A stretch of 64,000 nucleotides of DNA from Treponemataceae bacterium (GTDB lineage Bacteria; Spirochaetota; Spirochaetia; Treponematales; Rectinemataceae). The DNA is taken from assembly GCA_963667725.2 (NCBI GenBank), contig CAXXHO010000003.1, positions 1,504,001 through 1,568,000 on the forward strand, in the 5' to 3' direction. Under the pieces are notes generated by a model. That model did no database searches. It was not told where the DNA came from and saw nothing but the letters and a program-made list of their open reading frames with translations. Both the position numbers and the translations under genes were made by a program. Positions 9,608 to 19,611 of this stretch are shown one piece after another. The stretch's first letter is position 1. Each line of letters begins with the position of its first letter.

Positions 9608-10888
9608 TCAGGGAAGCGGGAAACGCGCCGTCAGGCTGAGCACGGCTTCCTTGACGCGCTCGATCACGGCCTCGTCGCCCTTCGATTTCAGCACGTCCAT
9701 GATGAAGCCGCCGATGGTCTCCATTTCGGCCGGTCCCATTCCGCGCGTCGTCACCGCTGGCGATCCGACGCGGATGCCCGAGGTCACGAAGGGGCCTTTC
9801 TGGTCGAAGGGGATGCCGTTCTTGTTGACCGTGATGTTGGCGGCGTCCAGCCATTTTTCCGATTCCTTGCCTGTTATGCCCAGGGGGCTCAGGTCGACGA
9901 GCATGAGGTGGTTGTCGGTGCCGCCCGAGACGATTCGCGCTCCGCCCGCGGAGAGGGCCTTGGAGAGCGTGGCCGCGTTCGCGATCACCCTGTCGATGTA
10001 TTCGACGAATCCAGGTTCCTGGGCTTCCTTGAGGGCCACGGCCTTGCCCGCGATGACGTGCATGAGCGGTCCGCCCTGGATGCCGGGCATTATGCTCGAG
10101 TCGACAACCTCCGACCATTTCTTGATCTCGCCCTTCGGCGTCTTGATCCCGCGATCGTTCTCCCCGTCGCGTCCGACGAAAATCATGCCGCCGCGCGGAC
10201 CGCGGAGCGTCTTGTGCGTCGTCGTCGTCGTGAAGTCAGCTATGGCTATCGGGCTGGGGTGCCTGCCCGTGGCGACAAGTCCGGCTATATGGGCCATATC
10301 CACCATGAGATAGGCTCCCACCTCGTCGGCTATGCGCCTGAAGGCGTCGAAATCTATGATGCGCGAGTAGGCTGAAGCGCCAGCGATGATCATCCTGGGC
10401 TTGTGCTCCCTCGCGAGCTGGGCCAGCTGATCGTAATCGATCGTCTCGGTGTCGCGCTTCACGCCGTAGCGGACGACGTTGTACAGCTTCCCGGAGAAGG
10501 AAACGGGCGCGCCGTGCGTCAGGTGGCCGCCGTGCGCGAGATCCATGCCGAGTATCGTGTCGCCGGGATTGAGCGCCGCGAAGAGCACGCCCATGTTGGC
10601 CTGGCTGCCCGAATGGGGCTGGACGTTGGCGTGGTCCGAGCCGAAAAGCGCCTTGGCCCTGTCCCTCGCCAGGTTCTCGGCCATGTCGACGAACTCGCAT
10701 CCGCCATAGTAGCGCTTGCCCGGATACCCTTCCGCGTATTTGTTGGTGAGCACCGAACCCACGGCCTCGAGGACCGCGCGTGAAGTATAGTTTTCGCTGG
10801 CTATGAGCTCGAGCTTGTCGCGCTGGCGCGCCATCTCGCCCTGCATCGCCGACCACAATTCCGGATCGAAGGATTCAATTGTCGCCAT
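9608..10888 (-). CDS. glyA: Serine hydroxymethyltransferase
   Basis: [53 protein letters not shown]. Confidence 0.98.
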   Translation of the reverse strand: MATIESFDPELWSAMQGEMARQRDKLELIASENYTSRAVLEAVGSVLTNKYAEGYPGKRYYGGCEFVDMAENLARDRAKALFGSDHANVQPHSGSQANMGVLFAALNPGDTILGMDLAHGGHLTHGAPVSFSGKLYNVVRYGVKRDTETIDYDQLAQLAREHKPRMIIAGASAYSRIIDFDAFRRIADEVGAYLMVDMAHIAGLVATGRHPSPIAIADFTTTTTHKTLRGPRGGMIFVGRDGENDRGIKTPKGEIKKWSEVVDSSIMPGIQGGPLMHVIAGKAVALKEAQEPGFVEYIDRVIANAATLSKALSAGGARIVSGGTDNHLMLVDLSPLGITGKESEKWLDAANITVNKNGIPFDQKGPFVTSGIRVGSPAVTTRGMGPAEMETIGGFIMDVLKSKGDEAVIERVKEAVLSLTARFPLP

Positions 10889-10974
10889 AGAGCCTCCTCG
10901 GATGAATTAATCCCGATATGACTGGCAGTATACAATGTGAAACAATTTTCGGCCACCGCCGTCCCGCCACGCGT

Positions 10975-12636
10975 TCAATAAGATCCGATTATTTCGATTT
11001 CCTGCCAGGAACTTGAATAGACGCCGCCTATCGATTCCTCGAAAAGAGTCTGGAAGGACCAGGGAACCTTGGCCGTTTCAGCGCCTGATCCTCCCAGAAG
11101 CGGTGAAACGCTCACTAAGCCTCTCGAAATGGCTACGTGCTTGTTGTCGATCGATCCGAAATAATGGGCGGGATCGTCGAGGGCGGCGTCGAAACCCAGG
11201 GGCTTTACGCCAAGGGAGAGGATGGGATCATAGGGAATCCATCCCACCGCCGGAAGATAGTACTCCATCCAGAAATGGGGAATGCCGGCTCCATCCTTTC
11301 TCACGAGAAAGCCCGATACGGGCAGAGCGGGAACTCCGGCGGCTCGAAAAAGGGCGCTCGCGAGCAGGGCATAGGATTTCGAGTCTGCCTTGCCTTCCTT
11401 CAGCGCCGACAGAGGCGTGTCCCTCGTTCCCGAAGAGGCTTTCCACGCTATGCTTTTCGCGAGCCAATTCCGGATGAGAAGCGCCTTCTTCTGAAGATTC
11501 TTTTCTCTCCCCGTAACCTTGACGATGAGGGTCAGTATTTCCTTGGCTTTTGAGGGCACAAGACTGTCTTCCGTCACATATGCCTGAAGGAAAGGCGGTA
11601 TCTTGCCGTTCTGGAAGCTGTCGCGATACGTATCCAGATCGCTTTCCACGCTGTGGACCGTAATGAGCGCCGTCCTGCTCACCACAACTTCGTTCCCCGG
11701 AAATTCCGAGATCTTAAAGACCGCCACTTTGCCGTAATCGCTCATGAAAGGCTCGGGGTTTTCCTCCTGCATGGAGTCGAGGTTCTGGGAAAACGAAGAC
11801 GCCGGATTGGGCAGGTAGAGCACGACCGTGGGAGGCTCCTTCGTGTCCGGTTTCTTTATCCGTATCGTGAGCCGCATCGAGTAGACGGCTGGATCGAAGA
11901 GATATTTCGACCCCGATCCCTGCTTCACGCCAAACGTGAAAGGCGCCGAATCGCCCTGAGGCGTGCTTACGACGATTGTCCCGGAACCGGCTCCTTCGGG
12001 GACGCGCGCCGAGATGCTCTTGTCGTCCCAACGCTCGTACATGAGATTTGGATCTTCGGGTTCGACATAGGTGGCATCGCGGTTCATCCTGGCGTCAGCC
12101 GGAGCGGCGTCATCGCTTCCAGAACCGGTGCCGGCCGAGTTCCGTGAAAACAGCACATCGCTGAACTGCACATTGGAACCGAAATTTATGCCATCGATCT
12201 CCACGAGGGACCCTATCGCCGCCTCCGCGGGATTTACGGCCATAATGGCGGGCCCCGTCGCGGCTTGAACCGGGTTATCCGGTTTTTCGGGGAGCCGTCT
12301 GGCGCTTATGACGATTTCCGCGTTGCTGCTTCCGAAAGGCGTTACTATCTGAAGGAGACCCGAATCGGTCGAAGGGGGAAGGCGAAGCGTGATCTCCTCG
12401 TCATTCCATGATATGTAGGCTGACTGGGTGAGTGGCAGTGAGTCCATAAGGACCTGGCGGTTTTCCCGAATGTCACCGAAATTCTTTCCCCTTATGGCGA
12501 CTACCCCGTCGGCGCTGAAGGCGAGCGGATCGACGGATAAGATCTTCGGCGTCTCGAGGAACCTGAATATCGCCGCCGAGGCCGCCAGGAGAAGGAGGAG
12601 GATACCGGTGATATTCCTGCGCGCTGCTTTCCTCAT
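10975..12636 (-). CDS. Membrane-anchored protein with IPT/TIG domains and a transglutaminase-like domain
   Basis: N-terminal TM. Two IPT-like repeats (IRGKNFG...SWNDEEI; IDGINFG...WDDKSISARVP). C-terminal ALFRAAGVPA...HFWMEYY...GWIPYDP. Confidence 0.75.
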   Translation of the reverse strand: MRKAARRNITGILLLLLAASAAIFRFLETPKILSVDPLAFSADGVVAIRGKNFGDIRENRQVLMDSLPLTQSAYISWNDEEITLRLPPSTDSGLLQIVTPFGSSNAEIVISARRLPEKPDNPVQAATGPAIMAVNPAEAAIGSLVEIDGINFGSNVQFSDVLFSRNSAGTGSGSDDAAPADARMNRDATYVEPEDPNLMYERWDDKSISARVPEGAGSGTIVVSTPQGDSAPFTFGVKQGSGSKYLFDPAVYSMRLTIRIKKPDTKEPPTVVLYLPNPASSFSQNLDSMQEENPEPFMSDYGKVAVFKISEFPGNEVVVSRTALITVHSVESDLDTYRDSFQNGKIPPFLQAYVTEDSLVPSKAKEILTLIVKVTGREKNLQKKALLIRNWLAKSIAWKASSGTRDTPLSALKEGKADSKSYALLASALFRAAGVPALPVSGFLVRKDGAGIPHFWMEYYLPAVGWIPYDPILSLGVKPLGFDAALDDPAHYFGSIDNKHVAISRGLVSVSPLLGGSGAETAKVPWSFQTLFEESIGGVYSSSWQEIEIIGSY

Positions 12637-12648
12637 CCTACTATCGGA

Positions 12649-13278
12649 TCATGGATTGGAGCGCTTGTCGACCCTGATCTCCACGACGATCGGGGCTCCG
12701 TCCCTGGTATCGAGACCTAGAGGATAGTAGAAAAGCCTTGCCCCCAGGGGCAGACTTAAGGATTGGACCGTCGTCTTGAAGGAGAGCGAATCGTCAGGCA
12801 TCTTCACCCAAACCATTCCCTGCACCATGAGGTCGATGATGGCGGCGCGAAGCGCGATAGGGACGATCTGGACGAGAGCCACGACATTCTTGCCCACCAG
12901 GCGCACATCGAGAGGCGCGGAGAAAGGCAGGGATCTCGCGAGGGTTTCGCTCCAGGAGATTCCCGGGGAGCCTTCGCGCGCCGACGCGGCCGCTCTCGCT
13001 CCCGCGGCGCCGTCCGCCGCGGCGGTGCTGTTCGACGCGGCGGCTCTGTCCGACGCGGCTCCGCTATCCGGACTCTTCGTCTGGAGAGCGCGCACCATAT
13101 CCGGCGTCAGGGAAAAAGCCGAACGGATGCGGAACGACAGCTCCGGAGCGGTATTAGGCTCGGTCTTTCCTGGCGCGGCCGATGCCTGGGCGCTCAGGAC
13201 CAGGCTGTTGCAAATGAAGATCATGAGAAGCGGATAGCGAGCCAGCTTCGTCATCCTTCCGGAATTGATGCCGCTCAC
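12649..13278 (-). CDS. Exported hypothetical protein in the ECF sigma operon
   Basis: Signal-peptide-like N-terminus, overlap with the anti-sigma stop codon, and an Ala-rich insert. Confidence 0.7.
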   Translation of the reverse strand: MSGINSGRMTKLARYPLLMIFICNSLVLSAQASAAPGKTEPNTAPELSFRIRSAFSLTPDMVRALQTKSPDSGAASDRAAASNSTAAADGAAGARAAASAREGSPGISWSETLARSLPFSAPLDVRLVGKNVVALVQIVPIALRAAIIDLMVQGMVWVKMPDDSLSFKTTVQSLSLPLGARLFYYPLGLDTRDGAPIVVEIRVDKRSNP

Positions 13279-13880
13279 CGTGTTGAACCTGCGTAGGAAG
13301 TCGTGGTGACTTCAAGAATTGCCGCGTCGGGAGAAGACACGACGATCGGGTTGCCGATCTGGTTGAATATCGATTCCTGGGGCATCTCTATCATCAATGG
13401 TTCCACCGAAGACTGCTTCATGTATTGGGCGATCATCTCGAGGGTCGCCGCCTGGGGAGCTATCGTTTTGGATGCCGAGGCCATCAGGCCCGCCCTGTTC
13501 ATGAAGGGGGTAAAGAGACCCAAGCTGATTCCGACCAGGAACACGAGGGCCAGGAGACTGGCCGCGAGAAAGGGCATCGGCATGGGAACGCGCTGGGTCC
13601 AGAGATGTCGCAGGCGTTCGACTCCGCTCGTCCCGACGTTTCTATCCGCCGCGCCGAAATCGATCGACGCGCCAATTCTCGCCTTGGCCGCCGACAATGC
13701 CCTCAGGTCGGCTTCGGCGTCGATGGCGAGCATGGATCGCTGGAGCGTACGGAAAGATTCGACCTTCCGGGAACACTCGCGGCATCCGCTTACATGAATC
13801 TCCATCCGCTCTTTCCAGGGGGAGGGAATCTCATCGTCCACAAAGGCGGACAGAAGCGCATCATCAGGACACATGGCCAT
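13275..13880 (-). CDS. Zinc-binding (ZAS) transmembrane anti-sigma factor
   Basis: CPDDALLSAFVD...HVSGCREC (HxxxCxxC) plus one TM helix. Overlaps the ECF sigma gene. Confidence 0.88.
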   Translation of the reverse strand: MAMCPDDALLSAFVDDEIPSPWKERMEIHVSGCRECSRKVESFRTLQRSMLAIDAEADLRALSAAKARIGASIDFGAADRNVGTSGVERLRHLWTQRVPMPMPFLAASLLALVFLVGISLGLFTPFMNRAGLMASASKTIAPQAATLEMIAQYMKQSSVEPLMIEMPQESIFNQIGNPIVVSSPDAAILEVTTTSYAGSTR

Positions 13881-14457
13881 CCTCCCGGTTCATCCGCGCG
13901 AGAAGGGCTTCCCTGGCGCGGAAAGCGCGCACTTTTACGTTGCCTTCGCTGATTCCAAGCACTTTACCGATCTCTTTGTAATTCATACCGCCATATTCCT
14001 TGAGAATGAGCACCATTCTCAGTTTTTCGGGAAGCGTGGAGAGAAGCTGCTTGATCGCGTCCGACGATTCCTGCCGCAGCACCTCTTCTTCAACGGAGGG
14101 CTGGATTCCCGCTTCGGCGCCCGTCTCCTTGATGGAGAAGGAACCGGCTTCTGAATCCTCGATGGGCGAAGCTTCGCTGCGCCACCACTTTTCGTAAGCG
14201 CGGGTTTCCCTTCCCTTCCGCTTCGCATAGTTGATCGCGCCATTCTTCACGACCCTGATGAGCCAGTATTTGGCGTCATTTCGCGTCGGAAAGATCATCT
14301 TCTTCTCGACGAGCTTGCCGAACGCGTCATGGACGACATCTTCGGCCGCTTCGGCGGAATTAGTGATCCTGAACGCTATCCTGAGCAGCATATCGGAGTT
14401 CGATTCATAGATCGCGCGAAAATCGAGTTCGTTGTGCTGCGTACCAGAAGATAACAA
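13864..14457 (-). CDS. ECF sigma factor (RpoE-like)
   Basis: AEDVVHDAF, KYWLIRVVKN, LPEKLRMVLILKEYGGMNYKEIGKVLGISEGNVKVRAFRAR. Confidence 0.93.
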   Translation of the reverse strand: MLSSGTQHNELDFRAIYESNSDMLLRIAFRITNSAEAAEDVVHDAFGKLVEKKMIFPTRNDAKYWLIRVVKNGAINYAKRKGRETRAYEKWWRSEASPIEDSEAGSFSIKETGAEAGIQPSVEEEVLRQESSDAIKQLLSTLPEKLRMVLILKEYGGMNYKEIGKVLGISEGNVKVRAFRAREALLARMNREDGHVS

Positions 14458-14487
14458 TGTACTTTCCTTATTGTTACGGGGATGGCG

Positions 14488-15918
14488 TCAGAGCTTCTTC
14501 CACGTCGTGCCGGCGGGGCCGTCCTCGAGCGCGACTCCCATTTCCTTCAATGTTGCCCGTATGGCGTCGGCCGCGACCCAATTCTTCGCCTTCTTGGCGT
14601 TTGCCCTCTCCGCTATCAGCCCTTCTATGCGAGCGACGGTGCCGGCATCGACAGAAGCCTCGGCTCTACGCGCCGCGCCGAGGCCAAGCCCCAGGACAAT
14701 ATCCATGTCCAAGGCGGCCGCGAGAGCCTCAGCGGGAGGAATCTGCGGATCGCGCACCAGCTGCCACAGCTCGGCAAGGGCGCGCGGCGCTGAAAGGTCG
14801 TCGGCCAGGGCTTCGTCAAAGCGCGCGAGCCTCTCCTTGGCCGAGGAACCCAGCTCGGAAATATTCGCCACGGTCTTGTCGCCTGCTTTCGCGCGCAGCT
14901 CGAGCACTTTTTCGACAAGAGCCTTTCTGGAGGCTTTGGACTGTTCCATGGCTTCCCAGGAGAAGGTAAGCTGGCTTCGGTAATGTCCTCCGAGGCAGAA
15001 ATAGCGATAGTCGAGCGGATCGATGCCTGCGTCGATGAGGCTCTGAAGGGTGATGAAGCCGCCCTTCGACTTGGACATCTTGCCCTTGTCCATGATGAGG
15101 AATTCGGCATGAAGCCAGTAATTCACCCAGGTCTTGCCCGTGGCCGCCTCGGACTGGGCTATTTCGTTCGTATGGTGGACGGGCACGTGGTCGATGCCGC
15201 CGGCGTGGATATCGAAGGTTTCGCCTAGGTATTTCATGCTCATCGCCGAGCATTCTATATGCCAGCCGGGATAGCCCTTGCCCCAGGGGCTGTCCCATAT
15301 GAGCGCCTGGTTTTCGAACTTGGATTTCGTGAACCAGAGCACGAAATCGTGCGGATTTTTCTTGTTTTCATCCACTTCGATCCGCGCGCCCGCCTTGAGA
15401 TCGTCCATCCGCAGGTTGGCCAGTTCGCCGTAGGTCGGGAATTTCGTCACGTCGAAATAGAGATTGCCGCCCGCCATATACGTATAGCCGTTCGCCTCGA
15501 TGCGCCGGATGAGGGCGATCATCTCCTGGACATGCTCGGTGGCCTTGCAGACCACGGTCGGACGCTCTATGCCGAGGCGTCCTGTATCGGCGAAAAAGGC
15601 GTCCGTGTAGAACTTGGCTATCTGGAGCACGCTTTCGCCCCGCTCCTTCGCGGTTTTCACCATCTTGTCCTCGCCGGTGTCGTCGTCGCCGGAAAGGTGA
15701 CCGACATCGGTGACGTTCATCACATGCTTCACTTCGTAACCGAAGCGGCGCAGGGTCTTCACGAGAATATCCTCGAAAACATAGGTGCGGAGGTTGCCGA
15801 TGTGGGCGTAATTGTAGACGGTGGGTCCGCAGCCGTAAAAGCCGACCTTGCCTGGCTGAAGCGGCTTGAATTCCTGCAACGAGCGACCCTTGGTATTGAA
15901 AAGCCTTAACACGGGCAT
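14488..15918 (-). CDS. cysS: Cysteine--tRNA ligase
   Basis: [38 protein letters not shown]. Confidence 0.98.
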   Translation of the reverse strand: MPVLRLFNTKGRSLQEFKPLQPGKVGFYGCGPTVYNYAHIGNLRTYVFEDILVKTLRRFGYEVKHVMNVTDVGHLSGDDDTGEDKMVKTAKERGESVLQIAKFYTDAFFADTGRLGIERPTVVCKATEHVQEMIALIRRIEANGYTYMAGGNLYFDVTKFPTYGELANLRMDDLKAGARIEVDENKKNPHDFVLWFTKSKFENQALIWDSPWGKGYPGWHIECSAMSMKYLGETFDIHAGGIDHVPVHHTNEIAQSEAATGKTWVNYWLHAEFLIMDKGKMSKSKGGFITLQSLIDAGIDPLDYRYFCLGGHYRSQLTFSWEAMEQSKASRKALVEKVLELRAKAGDKTVANISELGSSAKERLARFDEALADDLSAPRALAELWQLVRDPQIPPAEALAAALDMDIVLGLGLGAARRAEASVDAGTVARIEGLIAERANAKKAKNWVAADAIRATLKEMGVALEDGPAGTTWKKL

Positions 15919-15980
15919 CGGTTATCCTCCAGCGGCGGGCTTGCAATTTGGCCGCACAATCACCACTATTGGTGGCGACC

Positions 15981-16916
15981 ATGAAAAACCTATGGCAAAT
16001 CGCCCAAAAAATCAATATAGAACCGGGAAGAATCCATTTTTCCGAACCTATGGCCCCGCATACGACATTCAGGATAGGCGGTCCAGCTGATATTTTCATA
16101 AAAATATCCTCGCCGGCTGAACTCGGCCGCGCCGTCGCCTATTTGGCGGAAGAAAACATTCCCTGCTTCGTTCTCGGCGGCGGGGCCAACATCCTCGTGG
16201 GAGACAGGGGCATCCGCGGCGCCGTGCTCGATCTTTCCGCATTGTCCTGGGCGCGGTCAGAGGGTTCCACGCTCATGGCCGGCGCCGGCATAAGCGTGGA
16301 TAGGCTCTGCGAAAACGCCCTCGCCCTGGAACTCGAAGGCCTGGAAAACTTCTATGGCATGCCCGGGAGCCTGGGCGGCGCCGTCTACATGAACGCCCGC
16401 TGCTATGAAAAGGATTTTTCCGAGACGATACAGGAAATAACCATCGTTTCCCCCGCCGGTGAAATAAAAAAAGTACATCCCGCGGCGGACCAATGGGCTT
16501 ATAAAAAATCCCCTTTCCAGCCCGGCGGAGCCTGGGCGGGATGGATCATCGCCGGAGCGACCTTCGCGCTGCGCGAAGGGAAAGCGGAAAGCGTAGCCGG
16601 AATCATGCGCTCGAGAAAACTGGACAGAGCCGGCAAGGGACACTACCGTCTTCCCTCCGCCGGCTCCGTCTTCAAGAACAACAGGAATTTCGGCAGACCG
16701 ACGGGGGCCATCCTCGACGGTCTGGGGGTAAAGGGGATGCGTGTCGGCGGGGCGGCCGTTTCCTCCTGGCATGCCAACATATTCGTCAACGCTGGAGAAG
16801 CCACCGCGCGCGATATGAGGGCTCTCATCGAAAAAGCGCAGGCCATGGCCTTTGCCGCCTATGGTTTCGAACTGGAACCGGAAGTGCTTTTCATCGGGGA
16901 ATTCCAGGACCGGTAA
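15981..16916 (+). CDS. murB: UDP-N-acetylenolpyruvoylglucosamine reductase
   Basis: HTTFRIGGPA, LGGGANILV, GMPGSLGGAVYMNA, PSAGSVFKN, HANIFVN, LEPEV. Confidence 0.96.
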   Translation: MKNLWQIAQKINIEPGRIHFSEPMAPHTTFRIGGPADIFIKISSPAELGRAVAYLAEENIPCFVLGGGANILVGDRGIRGAVLDLSALSWARSEGSTLMAGAGISVDRLCENALALELEGLENFYGMPGSLGGAVYMNARCYEKDFSETIQEITIVSPAGEIKKVHPAADQWAYKKSPFQPGGAWAGWIIAGATFALREGKAESVAGIMRSRKLDRAGKGHYRLPSAGSVFKNNRNFGRPTGAILDGLGVKGMRVGGAAVSSWHANIFVNAGEATARDMRALIEKAQAMAFAAYGFELEPEVLFIGEFQDR

Positions 16917-16967
16917 GAGCAAATAACGCCTTGCGTTAGCGCGCTATGCCATTTACACTAAAACTAT

Positions 16968-19481
16968 ATGAATTCGATGAATGAACCCGCTGGCATTTTT
17001 GCCTTGATCATGGCCATAGCAGTCATCGCCCCCTATCTTTCGGATTTCGTCGGGGTGCCGGTTGTCGCCTCCATGACGCTTATTGGCATACTTATCGGCC
17101 CCCAGGTTCTTGGAATCCTCGAACCCAACATTCTCATCCAGTTCATCGGCTCGCTCGGGATGATCTATGTGTTTTTCGCCGCCGGCACCGAGGTCAATCT
17201 CGGCATTTTAAGGAAACGCACAAAATCTGTCCTGATTTTCGGCGCTCTCACTTTCATCATACCCTTCCTTTTCGGTATTGCCTTCGGCCTTTTCCTCTTC
17301 GGCCAGAAGCCCCTCTCCGCGATTCTTCTCGGGGCGTTTTTCGCCTCCTCCGGCTCCCTGATGATTCAGCCGATGCTGAGGAGCGACCTCCTGAGCAGGG
17401 AATCGGCCGAAGTGGGACGCGGCGGAGCCGGTCTTTCGAGGATCGCGGTGGCGATCGTCGTATTTCTCTCCGGCATCGCATTCCCCGAGAGCGGACTGCT
17501 GCCAGGCTTAAAGACCGTCGGCATATGGGCCGCGTATTTCGCCGGGCTCTACTTTTTCCTGCCTCGCTTCGCTTCCTTTGTCATACGGAAAACCAGGATA
17601 CAGGGAAGCATCGATGCCGTCTTCATTCTCTTTCTGCTTTTCGCGAGCGCGGCGCTCGGTATCTATGTCGGAGTGCCAGGCTATATCGGCGCTTTCTACG
17701 CCGGCATCCTCATCGCCCCCGCTTTTTCATCGTCCAAATCGATATCGTCACGGATAGATCTGATCGGCGATTCGCTTTTTCTGCCCTTCCTCCTCATCTT
17801 TATCGGCGTCTCGGCCGATTTCTCGCAGATTCCCTCGCTTCCGATAGCTGTAGCCCTCATCGCCGGGTCGGCGGTCTTCGGCTTGGGCTCTAAATTCCTC
17901 GCGGCTTCCTTTGCCGGAAAGATCCTAGGTTATTCGGCCGCCGACAGGGGGCTCCTCTTCGGTTTTTCCTCTACCTTCGCCGCTTTTTCACTGGCGATCG
18001 CCCTGGTAGCGGGCAACTCGGGACTTTTCAACCATCCCCTGGTCAATGGAGCGATCATCCTCGTCATTGTTTCGAGCATCTCGGCTTCGCTCGCCGCCCG
18101 CAATTCCGGTTCATCGATTCTTCTCAAGAAATCCCTGATGCCGGAGCGCCCGTCGCGAGACGGCGAACGCATCATGGTAGCCCTTTCCAAGCCGGGGACG
18201 GCGCACTACCTCATGGACCTGGGCATAGCGCTGCATGGGCGGGATTCCCTCTCCCCGCTCTTCCCCCTGGCGGTGATCTCCGAAACGGAAACCGATGGGG
18301 AATCACGCCAACATGCCGAAACCATGCTCGCCGCCGCCATCATGCAGGGTGTTTCGGCACAAATTTCGGTCATTCCCGTATCCCGAGTCGAAGTGAACAT
18401 CGCCCAAGGCATACTCAGCAGCGCCGAAGAACAGAACGCCGACACCATAATCATCGGATGGAACAAGCCTCCCAGGCTCTCCAACGCGTTCTTCGGATCC
18501 ATCATCGACCAAGTGGTCAATGGGGGCAAGCAGATGGTCCTGGTGGCCCGAGCGGTGACGCCCTTCGCCGCCTCGCACACGGTGGCCATCATCCCTTCCC
18601 TCTGCGATCGGCACGCGGGATTCACACGCGCCGCCCTTGTGCTGGGCGCGCTCTCCAAAAAAAATCAGGCCAAGCTGCATATCGTCACCTTGAGCGGTCA
18701 GGGCGCCAAGTTGGCCAGCGCGTTGAAAGTAGCGGGCTATCCAGCGCAGATACAGACTATCGAGGTGGAATCCTGGAAGGAGATAGGGAAGGCGATAAAA
18801 CTATTGCCGGCCATGCCCAAGCTTTTCGTCCTGTTCAGCGCCAGACCTTCCGAACCGTCCTGGCATCCGGCCATTGAAAGGTTGCCGCACCGCATCGGCG
18901 AGGAATTCCCCGACGCTAACCTGCTCATGATCTATCTGGCCGATCCGACCGCGACATCGGAAGGCGAATCCAGCGAATTCAAGAGGGGCCGGCTTTCCGT
19001 CGGAACCAGCGAGATTCCCGTCGTCATTCCAGCCAAACCTAGTCCCGCGTCGCAGATTCTCAAGGATGCGGTGTCGAGGGGAAATATTCGCGTCAACATG
19101 AAGCATTCGGCCATAGCCGACGGCATTTTCGAACTCGTCTCTTCCGCTTTTCCTTTCGACAGAAAACTATCGAGCAGGTTGGGAACGAGGCTGACGGAAA
19201 TCGTTCAACGTCAGCCGATCGAAATAGAGCCCGGCGTCGTGCTCATCCATGACCGCGTCGAGAGCATCGACGCGCCCATCGTCTGCATCGGATCCCATCG
19301 AAAGGGCTTCCGTATATCCCTGCTCGAAAAACCAGTGAGAATCATCATCGTGATTTTCGTGCCCGAACTGGAAAGCCCCGAGGATCATCTAGCCTTCCTG
19401 GGCGAGATCGCGCATCTTTTTAGGGAGAAGGACCTTTCCAGGCGACTGATCGAAGCGGATTTGCCGGAAGATATTCTATAG
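16968..19481 (+). CDS. CPA2-type cation:proton antiporter-like domain fused to USP-like and PTS EIIA-like domains
   Basis: About 380 aa of TM helices (GILIGPQVLG, FAAGTEVN, IGAFYAG). USP-like IIIGWN...FFGSIIDQV. C-terminal IEPGVVLIH...EDHLAFLGEIA. Confidence 0.8.
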   Translation: MNSMNEPAGIFALIMAIAVIAPYLSDFVGVPVVASMTLIGILIGPQVLGILEPNILIQFIGSLGMIYVFFAAGTEVNLGILRKRTKSVLIFGALTFIIPFLFGIAFGLFLFGQKPLSAILLGAFFASSGSLMIQPMLRSDLLSRESAEVGRGGAGLSRIAVAIVVFLSGIAFPESGLLPGLKTVGIWAAYFAGLYFFLPRFASFVIRKTRIQGSIDAVFILFLLFASAALGIYVGVPGYIGAFYAGILIAPAFSSSKSISSRIDLIGDSLFLPFLLIFIGVSADFSQIPSLPIAVALIAGSAVFGLGSKFLAASFAGKILGYSAADRGLLFGFSSTFAAFSLAIALVAGNSGLFNHPLVNGAIILVIVSSISASLAARNSGSSILLKKSLMPERPSRDGERIMVALSKPGTAHYLMDLGIALHGRDSLSPLFPLAVISETETDGESRQHAETMLAAAIMQGVSAQISVIPVSRVEVNIAQGILSSAEEQNADTIIIGWNKPPRLSNAFFGSIIDQVVNGGKQMVLVARAVTPFAASHTVAIIPSLCDRHAGFTRAALVLGALSKKNQAKLHIVTLSGQGAKLASALKVAGYPAQIQTIEVESWKEIGKAIKLLPAMPKLFVLFSARPSEPSWHPAIERLPHRIGEEFPDANLLMIYLADPTATSEGESSEFKRGRLSVGTSEIPVVIPAKPSPASQILKDAVSRGNIRVNMKHSAIADGIFELVSSAFPFDRKLSSRLGTRLTEIVQRQPIEIEPGVVLIHDRVESIDAPIVCIGSHRKGFRISLLEKPVRIIIVIFVPELESPEDHLAFLGEIAHLFREKDLSRRLIEADLPEDIL

Positions 19482-19512
19482 CGTCCCAAACCTGAGGAAA
19501 CCGGATCAAAAT

Positions 19513-19557
19513 AAAAAACCTCCCGTAAGGAAAAGCATCGCTTTTCCTTACGGGAGG
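19513..19557 (-). terminator. Intrinsic terminator of the giant OmpA-domain gene (between convergent genes)
   Basis: Stem cctcccgtaaggaaaagc / gcttttccttacgggagg, followed by a U6 tract on the minus strand. Confidence 0.85.
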
Positions 19558-19611
19558 CATGTTGAGGGTTATGGCTCTACCCCATACCCTCAGCCGGCTC
19601 AGGTCCGCCGC

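Noticed and set aside
10889..10974. Riboswitch (ZTP/glycine/THF) upstream of glyA
   Set aside because: A TATACT -10 box lies about 50 nt from the ATG, leaving too short a leader, and no aptamer motif is visible.
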